In this document: one piece after another, positions 52,301 through 61,643 of the stretch
Layout: every line of letters starts with the position of its first letter
Numbering within the stretch: position 1 is the first letter of the stretch
Assembly (NCBI GenBank): GCA_009859145.1
Contig: VRVR01000025.1
Span: forward strand, 71,617 to 135,616
From: Andalucia godoyi And28
Lineage: Eukaryota; Protista; Jakobida
Length of the DNA: 64,000 bases
Reading direction: 5' to 3'
Position numbers and translations under genes: made by a program
The notes under the pieces: model-generated
Seen by the model: only the letters and a program-made list of their open reading frames with translations
Databases searched by the model: none
Told to the model about the DNA's origin: nothing

Positions 52301-53191
52301 CAAGGATGCACCTCTTTCGTCCTCAAACTTCATTCGAGATCGTTCTCTGTCCAGCCGAGCTGTCTCTGCCTTCCTCTTCTCTCTCATGACTGATGCAAAC
52401 CGATCTTCCGCCCGCATTCGTTCTTCTTCTTCTGCCGCACGAATGGCTTCTCTTCTCTTTTCCGCTGCGATTTTGGACTCCTCTTCCCTTTGCAGCCTTC
52501 TTTCTTCCAACATCCTCATCTTCTCTTCTCTTTGTCTCCTCCCAAGATCCCTCTCTTCTTCTTGTTGCCTGTCTTCCTCCTCTCGCGCCCTTTTCTCTTC
52601 TTCTGCAATTCGCAGCATTTCATCCAAACGTGAAATCCGCTGCATCTCCACCGAATTCGAGGTCGCCGTCAATGGAGCAGACTGAAAAAAAAGACCTTTG
52701 GACGACATCTCCTCTGGTCTGCACGGCACCGCAGATGACGACGTACCCTGCCCTGTGTCTCCTCCGCCATCGACGGTCTCTGCTTGCAGTTCCGCATCCA
52801 GCTGCTTTTCAGTCGATTCAAGAAGCCGAGACTCTTTGGCCGCAGGTGCTACGCTTATCGATGCGTCTTCCCTGTCATCCCAGTTCTCGTGGTCGTTGCT
52901 GTCGACGTCATTGTCGTTATCATCTCGAAGCAACGCAACGACTTTCCGCGCAGCTTGGTCGCGCTCACAAAGTAAATTTTCAAAGGTTTGAAGCGTAGAC
53001 AGGTACTTTTGCTGCGAATCCAATGGTTTGGAAGTCGTGTTGTGAAGCTTCATGATTGAATGGAACTCTGCATCAAAGTCCGCATCGTCCATATCAGAAA
53101 CGGAATCATTGAACTCCGATAGCTCAGACAAGGCCTCCAACTCCCGCTGGATCTCAGCATTAATGTCCTCACTTGCGACCGATTCGCTCAT
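49352..53191 (-). CDS. Coiled-coil + leucine-rich repeat + IQ-motif protein (LRRIQ1-like)
   Basis: E/R/K coiled coil, SDS22-like LRRs (LxxLxLxxN), an LRRcap-like segment and three IQ motifs (IQRIVRGFLVR, IQAVIRGFLCR, IQKIFRGHRIR). Confidence 0.75.
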   Translation of the reverse strand: MSESVASEDINAEIQRELEALSELSEFNDSVSDMDDADFDAEFHSIMKLHNTTSKPLDSQQKYLSTLQTFENLLCERDQAARKVVALLRDDNDNDVDSNDHENWDDREDASISVAPAAKESRLLESTEKQLDAELQAETVDGGGDTGQGTSSSAVPCRPEEMSSKGLFFQSAPLTATSNSVEMQRISRLDEMLRIAEEEKRAREEEDRQQEEERDLGRRQREEKMRMLEERRLQREEESKIAAEKRREAIRAAEEEERMRAEDRFASVMREKRKAETARLDRERSRMKFEDERGASLRIQMKKVAEMLEAQRKEQERLEKLRIDELKRKEEERKRAEEEKRRQEEESRRLLEEKQKKEALERAKERSRILGLFSMPARHAHSPNVHRPEIQVAAMKDSVPLTLTFVRPDAKCVRQLVRSPASLLYAGFCAWVSSDRTVVDGSAVVVPMSTLFTGTQAAPSAGQSATVRGSEDVPYGELSDPQQQPEQHNPFQTSQTLDSDLLTMHHPEIESLPAGSHPVIDLSCEAIASIHVSKSLLSALSNARPVSLSLNLNRLTDIPKQFIESVPFLEEVRFRDNQVDRLAPKLFEPCKSLVLVECSMNKLTNLEFLDANSNIRSIQANNNMIRSVQSLKGLAALNVLSLYRNCLISAALQTCQSFPALFSLDVGRNSLDRLEFSAFSKNSLLETLIAYRNSISAVDVRGFTNSLLSKVFLNGNSISGLAHLPCAPFIEELDFAENAISNASRELKYGPKATSFSFSPIYPIIRRFDVSFNRLHDYSALLWSILPCRMTLRRLDVHDNPVCQRPLFRSAVLCGLRGITNIDDAAVKRSERWAAWRRIVSRLRTSSMMRLLDSCAESNSRFVPVAHIFREHEQSSASKQVQQFSNGFAQFIKMSHRDRLELTSRHRRERTERLPGARPAPVAADFQQQQKHAAEEIRMRVRHLEETQRFLGKRQAELKMWSDKPLEARKLAVNVMRRNPSYVRARENASRSRAATSIQRIVRGFLVRQRVALQQQTNAAAVRIQAVIRGFLCRRQHPEVSAVLSRLHVLRSAAAVQIQKIFRGHRIRRIMARARFIDDDDEFPEVDVDLFIPKDSVFSLLTTESDMDNLDTEFEFEPMHLDSARSVMTPSHRSMHHAASFEIGAPHSGHDDEFPGRLHTSHSDTSSDVHTEILDDVGNVNNILSPRHKKEEKITKISEEWGFHEPGVAENMLKKYERYHKMQLQRQRRDELKDPAKRLELFKKRSAKNPVPAFAPSRKPPKASFSPAGSTASAVFPPL

Positions 53192-53747
53192 CAACGCGTC
53201 CTTTCTTTCGGTCTTTCGATCTCCGTAATTCTCTCTTTTTCCCCGCTCCCCCTTCGATCTCACACAACTCTCCTCTTTTCCCTGATACCCCCTTCACCAA
53301 TCGAATGATCAAAAACAAAACAAAAACAAAAAAAAACAAAAACTAATTAATCACGCAATTCTCGTACAAGCTGCATTATGCTGCTATGATGCAAAAGGAC
53401 GCCGCAATAACAAACCATCTGCGGGGGATTTCTGATGATGTTGCATCAAGCATCAAGCGCGCTGACCGTTAAAAAAACTGTTCTCTTGATGCTATTTGCG
53501 GCGAACCGGCTTCGTGAAACATGTCAACTCGACGTTGCGCGAAAGTACGTGATGTCGCCGTGTCGGACTTCAGAGTCGTCTTTTTTGGCATTGCAGTCTG
53601 CACGCTAGAAGAAACAAAGACAGGATCCTTTTTTCTACTCCAAAAAAGAAAGAAAGAAAGAAAGAAAGAAGGCAGATAATCAAATCATAAATCATACTTT
53701 TTTTTAGAGGGAGGTGGGGCTTGCTAACTGTTCTTGCAGAGAATCAA

Positions 53748-54354
53748 ATGGTTTCTATCAAGCAGTATGTCTTTGTATATTATTCGTTTCTTTTTATATA
53801 ATCAGAAAAACACTTCTTTTTTGCGTGTCATGGTTTTTTTCTTTCTTTGGGGCTGGGGAGAGTGAAGAACGCTGTCCTGTTGTTTGCAGTTTCTCTGTAT
53901 CTAATCTCCTTGAACCGCCATTCTGTTCTTAAAAAACAGTACTGTCGAGCCGAGATCTGGAATCATGCACGCCAGAGGGCTGCCATGCACAAGCATTATC
54001 GAGTTCAAGCATGTTTGCGGAGAGAGAATAAGCGAATCTGATTTCGAGAAGTGCACACATTTGAAGAACGGATCGGGTCATATTTTGGTCAATGTTCATG
54101 TCAACGAGCCCCGATGTCGACTGGTAGAAGCATTCCTTGTGGATGCGCTTTCGAATGAAGTGGTCGAAGCATCCATCACCGGTCGGACAAAGACAGAAAT
54201 GATTCACGAAGGATGTGCGAAATTGAGGATAGGACTGCTCAAGGCGAAGAAAACGTGCGGAGCTTGTCCACTTCGAATCTGCTTCAAAATGATGGACGCA
54301 AACAGCGTTGTACTCAAGTCTGTCTCGTCAAGGTCGTTCTGTCTGCAGAGCTGA
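53748..54354 (+). CDS. Small hypothetical protein; spliced (53748-53764, 53940-54354)
   Basis: A GTATGT donor at 53765 and a CTAAT branch with ACAG acceptor at 53939 join MVSIKH to the 129-aa ORF in frame. A GCTAAC...TTGCAG acceptor just upstream suggests a 5' UTR intron. Confidence 0.45.
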
Positions 54355-54527
54355 CACCGGACAAAAGTGCGAAGCGTGCTGCTGCTTTATTTTCATTTTA
54401 TTTATGCAAGGGGCTGGTGTACACAGTCGCGGAGTTCTCTACAACTAAATGGTAACTTACAGATAATGTTCTTTTTTTTAATTTAAATTATTTCATTGCA
54501 CGCAGAAAAAAAAAGGTCAAAAGATAT

Positions 54528-55742
54528 TCAGTGGTTGCAAATACGGGATGTCGTGTTGGAAACAGAGCCGTCGTTGGTGAAGCGCAGGATCGTGCCGAGA
54601 TTGCCACCGACTAGGAGTCCAGTAGGGACCGCCAAAAGCGCACTTTCCTGACCAGTGATGTGGCATTCTCTGATCCCTGGCGTGCAGGGGAGATCAAAAT
54701 CCCGAACGGCCTGCCAAGAGAATCCTCGATCTCTGGTAATCCATGCAGTATTGGTCTCAACAGTCACGTTTGTCATGTTCATGTTTGCCGAGACTGCCCA
54801 ACCCAGTCCGGACGTCTCATCAAACGACATATCGATTACCATGAAGTTCATATTGCGCTGGCTCGTGAACGCTGCAGGAGTAACATCTTTGAAAGATCGA
54901 CCCATGTCGGCGGACAGTAGTAGCCGTGACGAACAATGCGGCTCGGAGAGCAGGCACGTGGAAATTACGGAAATGTCCGAGTGTGCGGGATCTTTGAACA
55001 GCGAAAGGGAAGAGATGGGGCAGACAATCGTGGGTGTTGCTTGCGGAGAGCAAGTTGCAAAGGCCTTTCCAAGTTTGAGAGTACGGAAAATGAGTCCAGT
55101 CGAAGAAGTAACGAGCTGTGCGTTGGAGTGTGCTGAAAACGATGATCTCCAATCGGATGCGATTCCGTACAGCAAATCTGCAGATTTCGAGTATGAAAAT
55201 GAGTCCAGCTCAAGAGGAAACTCAAGCCAAAGCCGCGGAAAGAACGCAAGTTTTTCTCGCGATCCCGACAAGACGACGTACGTCATATCATCCATCAAGC
55301 GGACCACCACAATAAATGACTTGAAAACAGTTCCAGAAACCGTGTATGAAGATCCGTTGGGAGGAAACGAGTGAATGGTTCGAAGCGAACACCCGAGACA
55401 TTTAGAAGTGAAAATGCTGGATTTGGAGAATAGCAAATAGTCTGCATTCTCCTGGATTTCCACAATGCTCACGATGTCTGCTTCCTGGTTTTCAAAGGCG
55501 TCCCAATTCGCCCCACCGTCGCTGGAACGCAGAGACTGTCTCGACGGAGCGCCAAAAAATGCCACGAGGCTTGATCCTCGCAACAATGCATCCTGAGGTT
55601 CGAGAGAATCAATCCGCGAAACAACCGTGCAAGAATCGGAGGAAAACGACCGCGACAACGACGATGTGACGACGACGATCTGCAAAAAAGAAAACAGCCC
55701 GCATACAACGATCGTCGACAACGGGAATAGATGGATCCTCAT
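54528..55742 (-). CDS. Secreted beta-propeller protein with BNR/Asp-box repeats
   Basis: Hydrophobic signal peptide and Asp-box motifs RSSDGGANW, LSADMGRSF, ITRDRGFSW. Confidence 0.7.
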   Translation of the reverse strand: MRIHLFPLSTIVVCGLFSFLQIVVVTSSLSRSFSSDSCTVVSRIDSLEPQDALLRGSSLVAFFGAPSRQSLRSSDGGANWDAFENQEADIVSIVEIQENADYLLFSKSSIFTSKCLGCSLRTIHSFPPNGSSYTVSGTVFKSFIVVVRLMDDMTYVVLSGSREKLAFFPRLWLEFPLELDSFSYSKSADLLYGIASDWRSSFSAHSNAQLVTSSTGLIFRTLKLGKAFATCSPQATPTIVCPISSLSLFKDPAHSDISVISTCLLSEPHCSSRLLLSADMGRSFKDVTPAAFTSQRNMNFMVIDMSFDETSGLGWAVSANMNMTNVTVETNTAWITRDRGFSWQAVRDFDLPCTPGIRECHITGQESALLAVPTGLLVGGNLGTILRFTNDGSVSNTTSRICNH

Positions 55743-56024
55743 CCAGTGTCTTGCTCGTCGTTACTTGCTAGCACTGTTCGTTGCCACTTGCCCGTTCCAG
55801 TTGCCAATCGCCCTGCTTTGATCGCCCTTCTCAAGCTCAGAGGATCGGAAGCTGACAACAGCGACCTCGATAACGTAGCGGGAGCGCTCCTCAATAAATC
55901 TCCGAAATCGGGGGGTTCGAGAACAGGGAAAAAAGGCTGCAGCATGACTTGATTCAACAGCACCCCGCCAAACAAAAAAACTGAGGCAGACAAGAAAGGG
56001 ATTAAAAAAAGCTGGAGCAAAGAG

Positions 56025-56471
56025 CGCCTACATTATACACTGAGTATGCATATCTACGGATAGACATGCATACTCAATCGTGCATCCCGTTGCCGGGAAG
56101 GGGATAGGCCCCCAACACGCCTCACGGCGCTCTTCAGATAAATGCTCCGCGCTCCGTTCCCAATCTCGATCAATCTGCGAGCCACCTTCTCAGCGCGACA
56201 CGTTGTTCCTGAGAAGGGTGCATTTTTTTGATGCTGACGGCCCTAGCAGCAGGCGTAGTGACACGTGGTCTTTTAGGAGGTCTGCGGGATAGATGGCTAT
56301 GGATGCTGCGTTAAAGAGTGTCGAAAATGCAGAGCCTGTGTCACCGGCTGAATTCTGGCCGAGCGTGCGTAAGCACGAATTCCTGTGAAACAAACGTGCT
56401 AGTGTCGGCCAGTGTCGACCGCCTCTGTTTATGCATACTTCCTTCCGTATGCATGACAATGACGGGTCATT
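56025..56471 (-). mobile_element. Non-autonomous Fanzor2/TnpB-derived element, family A copy 3
   Basis: Reverse-complement near-copy of 39545-40102 with an extra internal deletion. It has the same HTH/RuvC-III junction and right end. Confidence 0.8.
56027..56113 (-). ncRNA. Candidate omegaRNA scaffold (copy A3)
   Basis: Same three hairpins as A1 and A2 (loop TCCG instead of TTCG). The CCTAT loop and GTAGG terminus are intact. Confidence 0.6.
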
Positions 56472-56608
56472 GCCCATCGGGTTGAAAAAAGTATAACGAT
56501 TTATTCCGACTGTTATCCATCGTTTACTGCATTAAACTGTATTATATTGTAGTGTACCGTATTGTATTTGCGTGTCTTGTCGTGTGTGTGAGTGTACAGA
56601 CGGAAAGC

Positions 56609-57649
56609 ATGTCTGCGGCGTCATTGTTGTCTGCGGAAGCACTGAAGTTTGCCACAAGTCTTCATTTTCTGGCTTCTCAGAATGCGTCGGTTGAATCGGT
56701 CATTTCGGATTTCCAACGCTCTGCAAAGATCATGTCGCATCTCGAGGTGCTGACAGAAGACTCTGCTGCGTTTCTGAAATCGGAGATCCCAGAACAGCCA
56801 GGGTCGGTGCGATTACAACCATCAAGTTCATCCTCATTCTCTGCTTCTGCTTCTGCTTCTGCTTCTGCTTCGTCTGCCGGTGCAGTTGCGCATGCGGACT
56901 TCACAGCGACTGAACTTTTAAAGACTCGATTGGCAGCGTATGATGAAGAGGTCGATCGGCTGGCTTCCACAATCCCGTTTTCCGTGAAGACTCCCCACTC
57001 GCTTGTCAGGGCTGAGCTGGGTGCAGAGATGAATCATGAAGTCTCTGCGCTTTACACACTTTGCGATTTCCTGAATGCCCGAAAGACGGATCTGTCGCGG
57101 AAATGCGAAACCACGAAATCAATTGTTTCGGATCTGCAGACGCTGAATACTAAGCTTGAAGAACAGCTGGCCAAGACGGAAAGAGAAAGCCAAGCTGCTT
57201 TGGAATCCACTCAGGCATCTTCTTCTGCTTCGAAGACGGAGAACAGAACTGTGTTGAACGATGCTCGGCAAAAACTGATGGTTCTGCTCGCCAAGTTTTG
57301 CGATAAACACTATCCGGCAGTGGAGGAAACAGTCCCGCGAAAAAAACGGCGAGTCGCGAAAAGCAAGACATCAAAGAGGGATGGGGACAATCCAAGCGAT
57401 GATGATGATGACGGTGATCATGATGAGCGGCAAATAAGAAACAGAGCACAAATCATCGAGTATACTCCTTTGAAAGCGATATTGGAGGAATTGCTGAATC
57501 GTTGTGTTTCGCATCCCAAAGACCCGTACGTCGACTGGAATCAAAAGAACGCGCATCCGGTACAGATCGAAGTGCTTATTCGCTGCGGAATCGCTTTGCA
57601 GCATCCTCAAAACCCTATGCTTATCTCTTTGGAAAGGTTCCATCAGTGA
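56609..57649 (+). CDS. CENPK: Centromere protein K-like (CCAN)
   Basis: A coiled coil precedes the C-terminus LKAILEELLNRCVSHPKDPYV...IEVLIRCGIALQHPQNPMLISLERFHQ. This closely parallels the vertebrate CENP-K C-terminus as I recall it (HDPYV...VELLLRNGIALRHPEDPTRIRLEAFHQ). Confidence 0.75.
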   Translation: MSAASLLSAEALKFATSLHFLASQNASVESVISDFQRSAKIMSHLEVLTEDSAAFLKSEIPEQPGSVRLQPSSSSSFSASASASASASSAGAVAHADFTATELLKTRLAAYDEEVDRLASTIPFSVKTPHSLVRAELGAEMNHEVSALYTLCDFLNARKTDLSRKCETTKSIVSDLQTLNTKLEEQLAKTERESQAALESTQASSSASKTENRTVLNDARQKLMVLLAKFCDKHYPAVEETVPRKKRRVAKSKTSKRDGDNPSDDDDDGDHDERQIRNRAQIIEYTPLKAILEELLNRCVSHPKDPYVDWNQKNAHPVQIEVLIRCGIALQHPQNPMLISLERFHQ

Positions 57650-58080
57650 ACACAAGAGTGCTGCAGTAAACCAATTTCGTTTGTATGTACATCCCGATAA
57701 ACTCTGTTTCTGCGCCCAAACCTCCTCTTTTTCTATTATTATTATGATGATGATTATGATTATTGAGGTACGTAGATTGCAGCAGACCCCGAAGCCAATG
57801 ACAAGACCTTCCTTTCTGCAGTTCCTACTTTATGAGCAAGATGGTCCTCCAGGCTGCAGCCAAAAACCGCCCAGTCCCGTAGCTGCCGAGGTTCTGCTGT
57901 AAATAATATATTTTTAAAAGAAGAACGACTGCCCTCGCACCGGGAATTCAGCAATGGTTTTCTGCTGATGCGGACGTTACTGCTGCTGTTCTTCGGGCAT
58001 TGAACAAAAAGAAAAATGTCAATCTTCCGTCCTCTTCTTTGTCCACTGCGACGATTATGTATTCTTGAAAAGACGAAGAA

Positions 58081-59781
58081 ATGCCGCAGCGTAGTGTATT
58101 GCTGCTTCTGCTAGTTGTTGTGGTACTGCAGACGGTGCATGGCGTCCGCGAACAGCGGTATTGCGAGATAACGGATCCATGTTGGCCCTCCGAGTCCGAG
58201 TGGTCGCAGTTAAATGTTACGACCGGGGGCCATTTGCACGCTGTGTATCCCGAGAGTCTGCCTTGCTATGAAGAAGGCGCATCATCTGCAGACTGCCAAG
58301 CGATAATGCAGAACTGGACAAATCCTTTTTGGAGAGCGAGCCAGATTGGAGCGATGCAGAGTCCAAACTGGGAAGAAGGCTCGAATGGTGAGAATTGCTA
58401 TAATCCCAACGCCCCGTGCAGCCAGGGAAGCATTCCTCCTTTTGGAGTTGCTGTTTCGTCCGCCTCCGATGTTTCTGCTGCGCTGGATTTTGCGGCACGA
58501 CGCAATATCCGGGTTGCTGTGAAAACCTCTGGCCATGATTTCAATGGCCGGTCCACGGCTGCGAGTGCACTGATGATATGGATGCACACGTTCACGGGGG
58601 TTTCCGTCGCGGACGTCTTCCAAGCGTGCCCGGGGGCTGAGAAGGGACCGGCCGTGACTGTTACGGGAGGCACTGCATGGGGTGTGGTCTATGCGGAAGT
58701 TGCGAGACATAAGTACACGGTTGTGGGTGGGTTCGCTCGGACCGTCGGGGCTGCTGGTGGATACGTGCAAGGTGGTGGACATTCGTTTACGTCACCTGCG
58801 TACGGCCTTGCAGTCGACAACGTTTTATCGTTTGAGGCTGTCTTGGCAAACGGAACGCTGGTCACTGCTTCGGATTGTTCGCACTCGGATTTGTTCTGGG
58901 CTCTGCGTGGCGGCGGCGGTGGAACGTTTGCAGTAGTGACGTCGGTGACATACCGTATTCATCCTGTACCTTCGGAAGGCGTGACAGGGCTCACGATTCG
59001 TTTGCAGTTCTTGCGGGGACCTGCTTCTGCAGAGCTGCTGCTGAACGGCTTCTTTTCCGAGGTCCCGAATTTGGTGTCGCCGAATGCAACAGGTGGCGTG
59101 TGGGGAGGCTATTATTTCATGTATCCGAGCACGTCAACATTTCTTGCGGCATACGTGTTCAACGGGAGCTTGACCGCAGCAAAGGACTCCATGAGCGCTT
59201 CGGAACAGTTCTTGTTTTCGAACCCAAAGGATTTTGCAATCTTGAAGTACGCTTACGCATCGTACCCGTCGATGAACGATTGGCACGAGGCCAATGAACA
59301 GGGAGATCCTATGGGTGTCCTCGTAGCTATTGGATCCAGACTTGTTCCGTTGTCCGCTTGCGTCAATCCTTCAGAACGAGCATTTGCTGCAAAAACCATT
59401 GCAAACTACTCCACGTACACCACGATTTTCGGACACTTAATCGCAGGTGGTGCCGTTTCCACATTTGATCGGCAGAGTGTCCATACATCAGTGACTCCTG
59501 CCTGGCGAGATGCCGTGATGCACATCATCGTCACACAAGTTTGGTCTTCAACGGCGACGGTGCAAGAACAGCAAGCGGCGATGGCTCGAGTCTCCCAAAT
59601 GACAGATGGTCTTCGTGCTGCTTTCCCGGACTCCGGAGCATACTGGTCCGAAAGCGACTACAATGAACCGAACTGGGAGGACGCTTTCTGGGGCTCTGTG
59701 AACTACCGACGACTTCAGGAAATCAAGCAGATGTATGACCCGTCCGGCATCTTTGATTGCCACCATTGCGTCATGTTTTGA
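58081..59781 (+). CDS. Secreted FAD-linked oxidoreductase (berberine-bridge-enzyme/VAO family)
   Basis: Signal peptide, VKTSGHDFNGRS (covalent FAD His), LFWALRGGGGGTF and C-terminal BBE motif AYWSE...FWGSVNYRRLQEIKQMYDP. Confidence 0.92.
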   Translation: MPQRSVLLLLLVVVVLQTVHGVREQRYCEITDPCWPSESEWSQLNVTTGGHLHAVYPESLPCYEEGASSADCQAIMQNWTNPFWRASQIGAMQSPNWEEGSNGENCYNPNAPCSQGSIPPFGVAVSSASDVSAALDFAARRNIRVAVKTSGHDFNGRSTAASALMIWMHTFTGVSVADVFQACPGAEKGPAVTVTGGTAWGVVYAEVARHKYTVVGGFARTVGAAGGYVQGGGHSFTSPAYGLAVDNVLSFEAVLANGTLVTASDCSHSDLFWALRGGGGGTFAVVTSVTYRIHPVPSEGVTGLTIRLQFLRGPASAELLLNGFFSEVPNLVSPNATGGVWGGYYFMYPSTSTFLAAYVFNGSLTAAKDSMSASEQFLFSNPKDFAILKYAYASYPSMNDWHEANEQGDPMGVLVAIGSRLVPLSACVNPSERAFAAKTIANYSTYTTIFGHLIAGGAVSTFDRQSVHTSVTPAWRDAVMHIIVTQVWSSTATVQEQQAAMARVSQMTDGLRAAFPDSGAYWSESDYNEPNWEDAFWGSVNYRRLQEIKQMYDPSGIFDCHHCVMF

Positions 59782-59900
59782 ACATTTCTTCTTTTGCAGG
59801 TCTGCTTTCGACAAAATAAACACTGGACTCTTGTGTGTGTGTGTGTGTGTGTGTGTGTTTGTTTGTTTGTTTGTTTGTTTTTTAATATTACCATATTTTT

Positions 59901-61370
59901 TTACGAGGGTGACTCTGGGACAAAATTTCCCCAGTTTTGCAGAACAAACCTTGTACCACCGCGTGAGATCGTCTGCAAGCAGGGAGGCAAAACTCCAGAG
60001 GTTACTGACTTGTCGTAACCGATTCCGAAAGAAAGCTCTTGGAGACCGTTGGGAAGAACTCCGGGCTCGAGCTTGTGGCGAAAATGACCACCAAAATGGA
60101 GGACCTCCAGAGAAGACGGGAGGACGTCTTTAAAGATGGGCTGGTTGAAAAAGAAACCGAACAAGAGCTTCCGGAGATTGGAAGGAAGAACCCCTGGTGG
60201 AAGCGGCTGATTGTAGCAATCCAGGAACTCCAAATTCTCGAGAGTTTCTGGAAGCGACCGAGGAGCTAATTTTTGGTTAAAACAGCCCCCCAGCGTGAGT
60301 GAAGTCAGGCACGCAGGCAAGTATCCCGGAGGAAGAGTGTTGTTGAAGTAGCCGCTCAGCTTGAGAACACGTACGGATTTTGGAATGAGGCCGCGACGCA
60401 GAGGGTCGTTGGAGAAGAAATCAAAGTCAAGCACTTCCACACCGGAGGGTAGCACTCCCAACTGCAAGGGATGTCTTTGCATTGTGGCATTTATCCTGAG
60501 GTTCCTGATGGAACCCGGCAGGAATGACGGTTCAAGAATTTGGTCATACGGCCCGTGAAAAGTCAGTGCTTTGAGATTTCGTGGAAGAACGTTTTGCTGG
60601 AGTGGTCGATTAAACGCTTTGCCAAACACCACCGATTCGAGCTCTGTCGGCAGGACGTCTTTTTCAAAGGGCTGGTTGAAGCTGCTGCCAAAGCGCACTG
60701 CACGAAGTGACGTGGGCAAGGCTCCAGGTTGCAGGCGCTGGTTGAACGAGAACCCGAACGTGACGCTCTCGAGCCGGCTTGGTAAAACACCGTATGACAG
60801 CGATTGATTGAACTGGTACCCGAACGTCACCACTCTGACAGACTCGGGAAGGACACCGGAACTCAACGGCTGGTTGAAGGCCACGCCGAAGCCGACCGTT
60901 TGAACCGAACACGGCAGGGCTCCGGGAGCCAGCGGCTGATTAAATCTGGCTCCAAATTTAACTGTATGCAGAGTTCGAGGTAGGACCTCGGGGGGCACAT
61001 CCAGGTCGAAATCGGCATCAAAATGCAAAACCTGAAGACCCCTGTTCATGTTTGCCGGAACGACCTTTTTGCAAAAATGCATCTGGCGGAACGGCGCCAA
61101 GGCATACGCAAAATGCCTGCAGACAAGCGCTAGCCGTGCAAACGATGCGTCCGACAGAAACGCAGACACGATCTCAAGGACCCGCACGAGCTGGATGCAG
61201 TGCTCGCTGTTGTCTGCAGCGTTGGCGCTGCGATCCTCAGGCATTTCTGCGTCAGTCTGAGGATTCTGATGCATGGATCGGCGACGCATGAGGGACGCTT
61301 TCTTGCAAACGGACGCAGCTACAAGGTACCGAATGTGTTCCTGCAGCTCGGCGATTTTCACGTCTGGCAT
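59901..61370 (-). CDS. F-box-like + FNIP-repeat protein
   Basis: About 14 tandem ~22-aa repeats LPxxLxxLxFGxxFNQPLxxGV (FNIP), preceded by F-box-like LEIVSAFLSDASFARLALVCRHF. The start is uncertain. Confidence 0.85.
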   Translation of the reverse strand: MPDVKIAELQEHIRYLVAASVCKKASLMRRRSMHQNPQTDAEMPEDRSANAADNSEHCIQLVRVLEIVSAFLSDASFARLALVCRHFAYALAPFRQMHFCKKVVPANMNRGLQVLHFDADFDLDVPPEVLPRTLHTVKFGARFNQPLAPGALPCSVQTVGFGVAFNQPLSSGVLPESVRVVTFGYQFNQSLSYGVLPSRLESVTFGFSFNQRLQPGALPTSLRAVRFGSSFNQPFEKDVLPTELESVVFGKAFNRPLQQNVLPRNLKALTFHGPYDQILEPSFLPGSIRNLRINATMQRHPLQLGVLPSGVEVLDFDFFSNDPLRRGLIPKSVRVLKLSGYFNNTLPPGYLPACLTSLTLGGCFNQKLAPRSLPETLENLEFLDCYNQPLPPGVLPSNLRKLLFGFFFNQPIFKDVLPSSLEVLHFGGHFRHKLEPGVLPNGLQELSFGIGYDKSVTSGVLPPCLQTISRGGTRFVLQNWGNFVPESPS

Positions 61371-61566
61371 CTGTAGGTTTCTCACTGCTCGCGGATTGTC
61401 CTCCTGATGTTTGCGAATACAGCTTGCAAAACGCAGTCGCAGAAGTTTGCTCTTATCAAATGAAGCCTGACGTTGTCGCAAATCTGAAGTTGACGACGAC
61501 CCGAGAAGCAGCAAACTTGTCTTCAACGACAAATTTTCAATATCAGTTTTCACTCTTGACAGACAA

Positions 61567-61600
<34 letters not shown>

Positions 61601-61643
61601 CGCCTGTGCAATACTCCAATGTACATGCAAACATTTACTCGTG

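Noticed and set aside
53380-53470. TGATGA...CTGA boxes suggesting a C/D snoRNA
   Set aside because: The first C box is imperfect, there is no terminal stem, and I could not identify rRNA complementarity.
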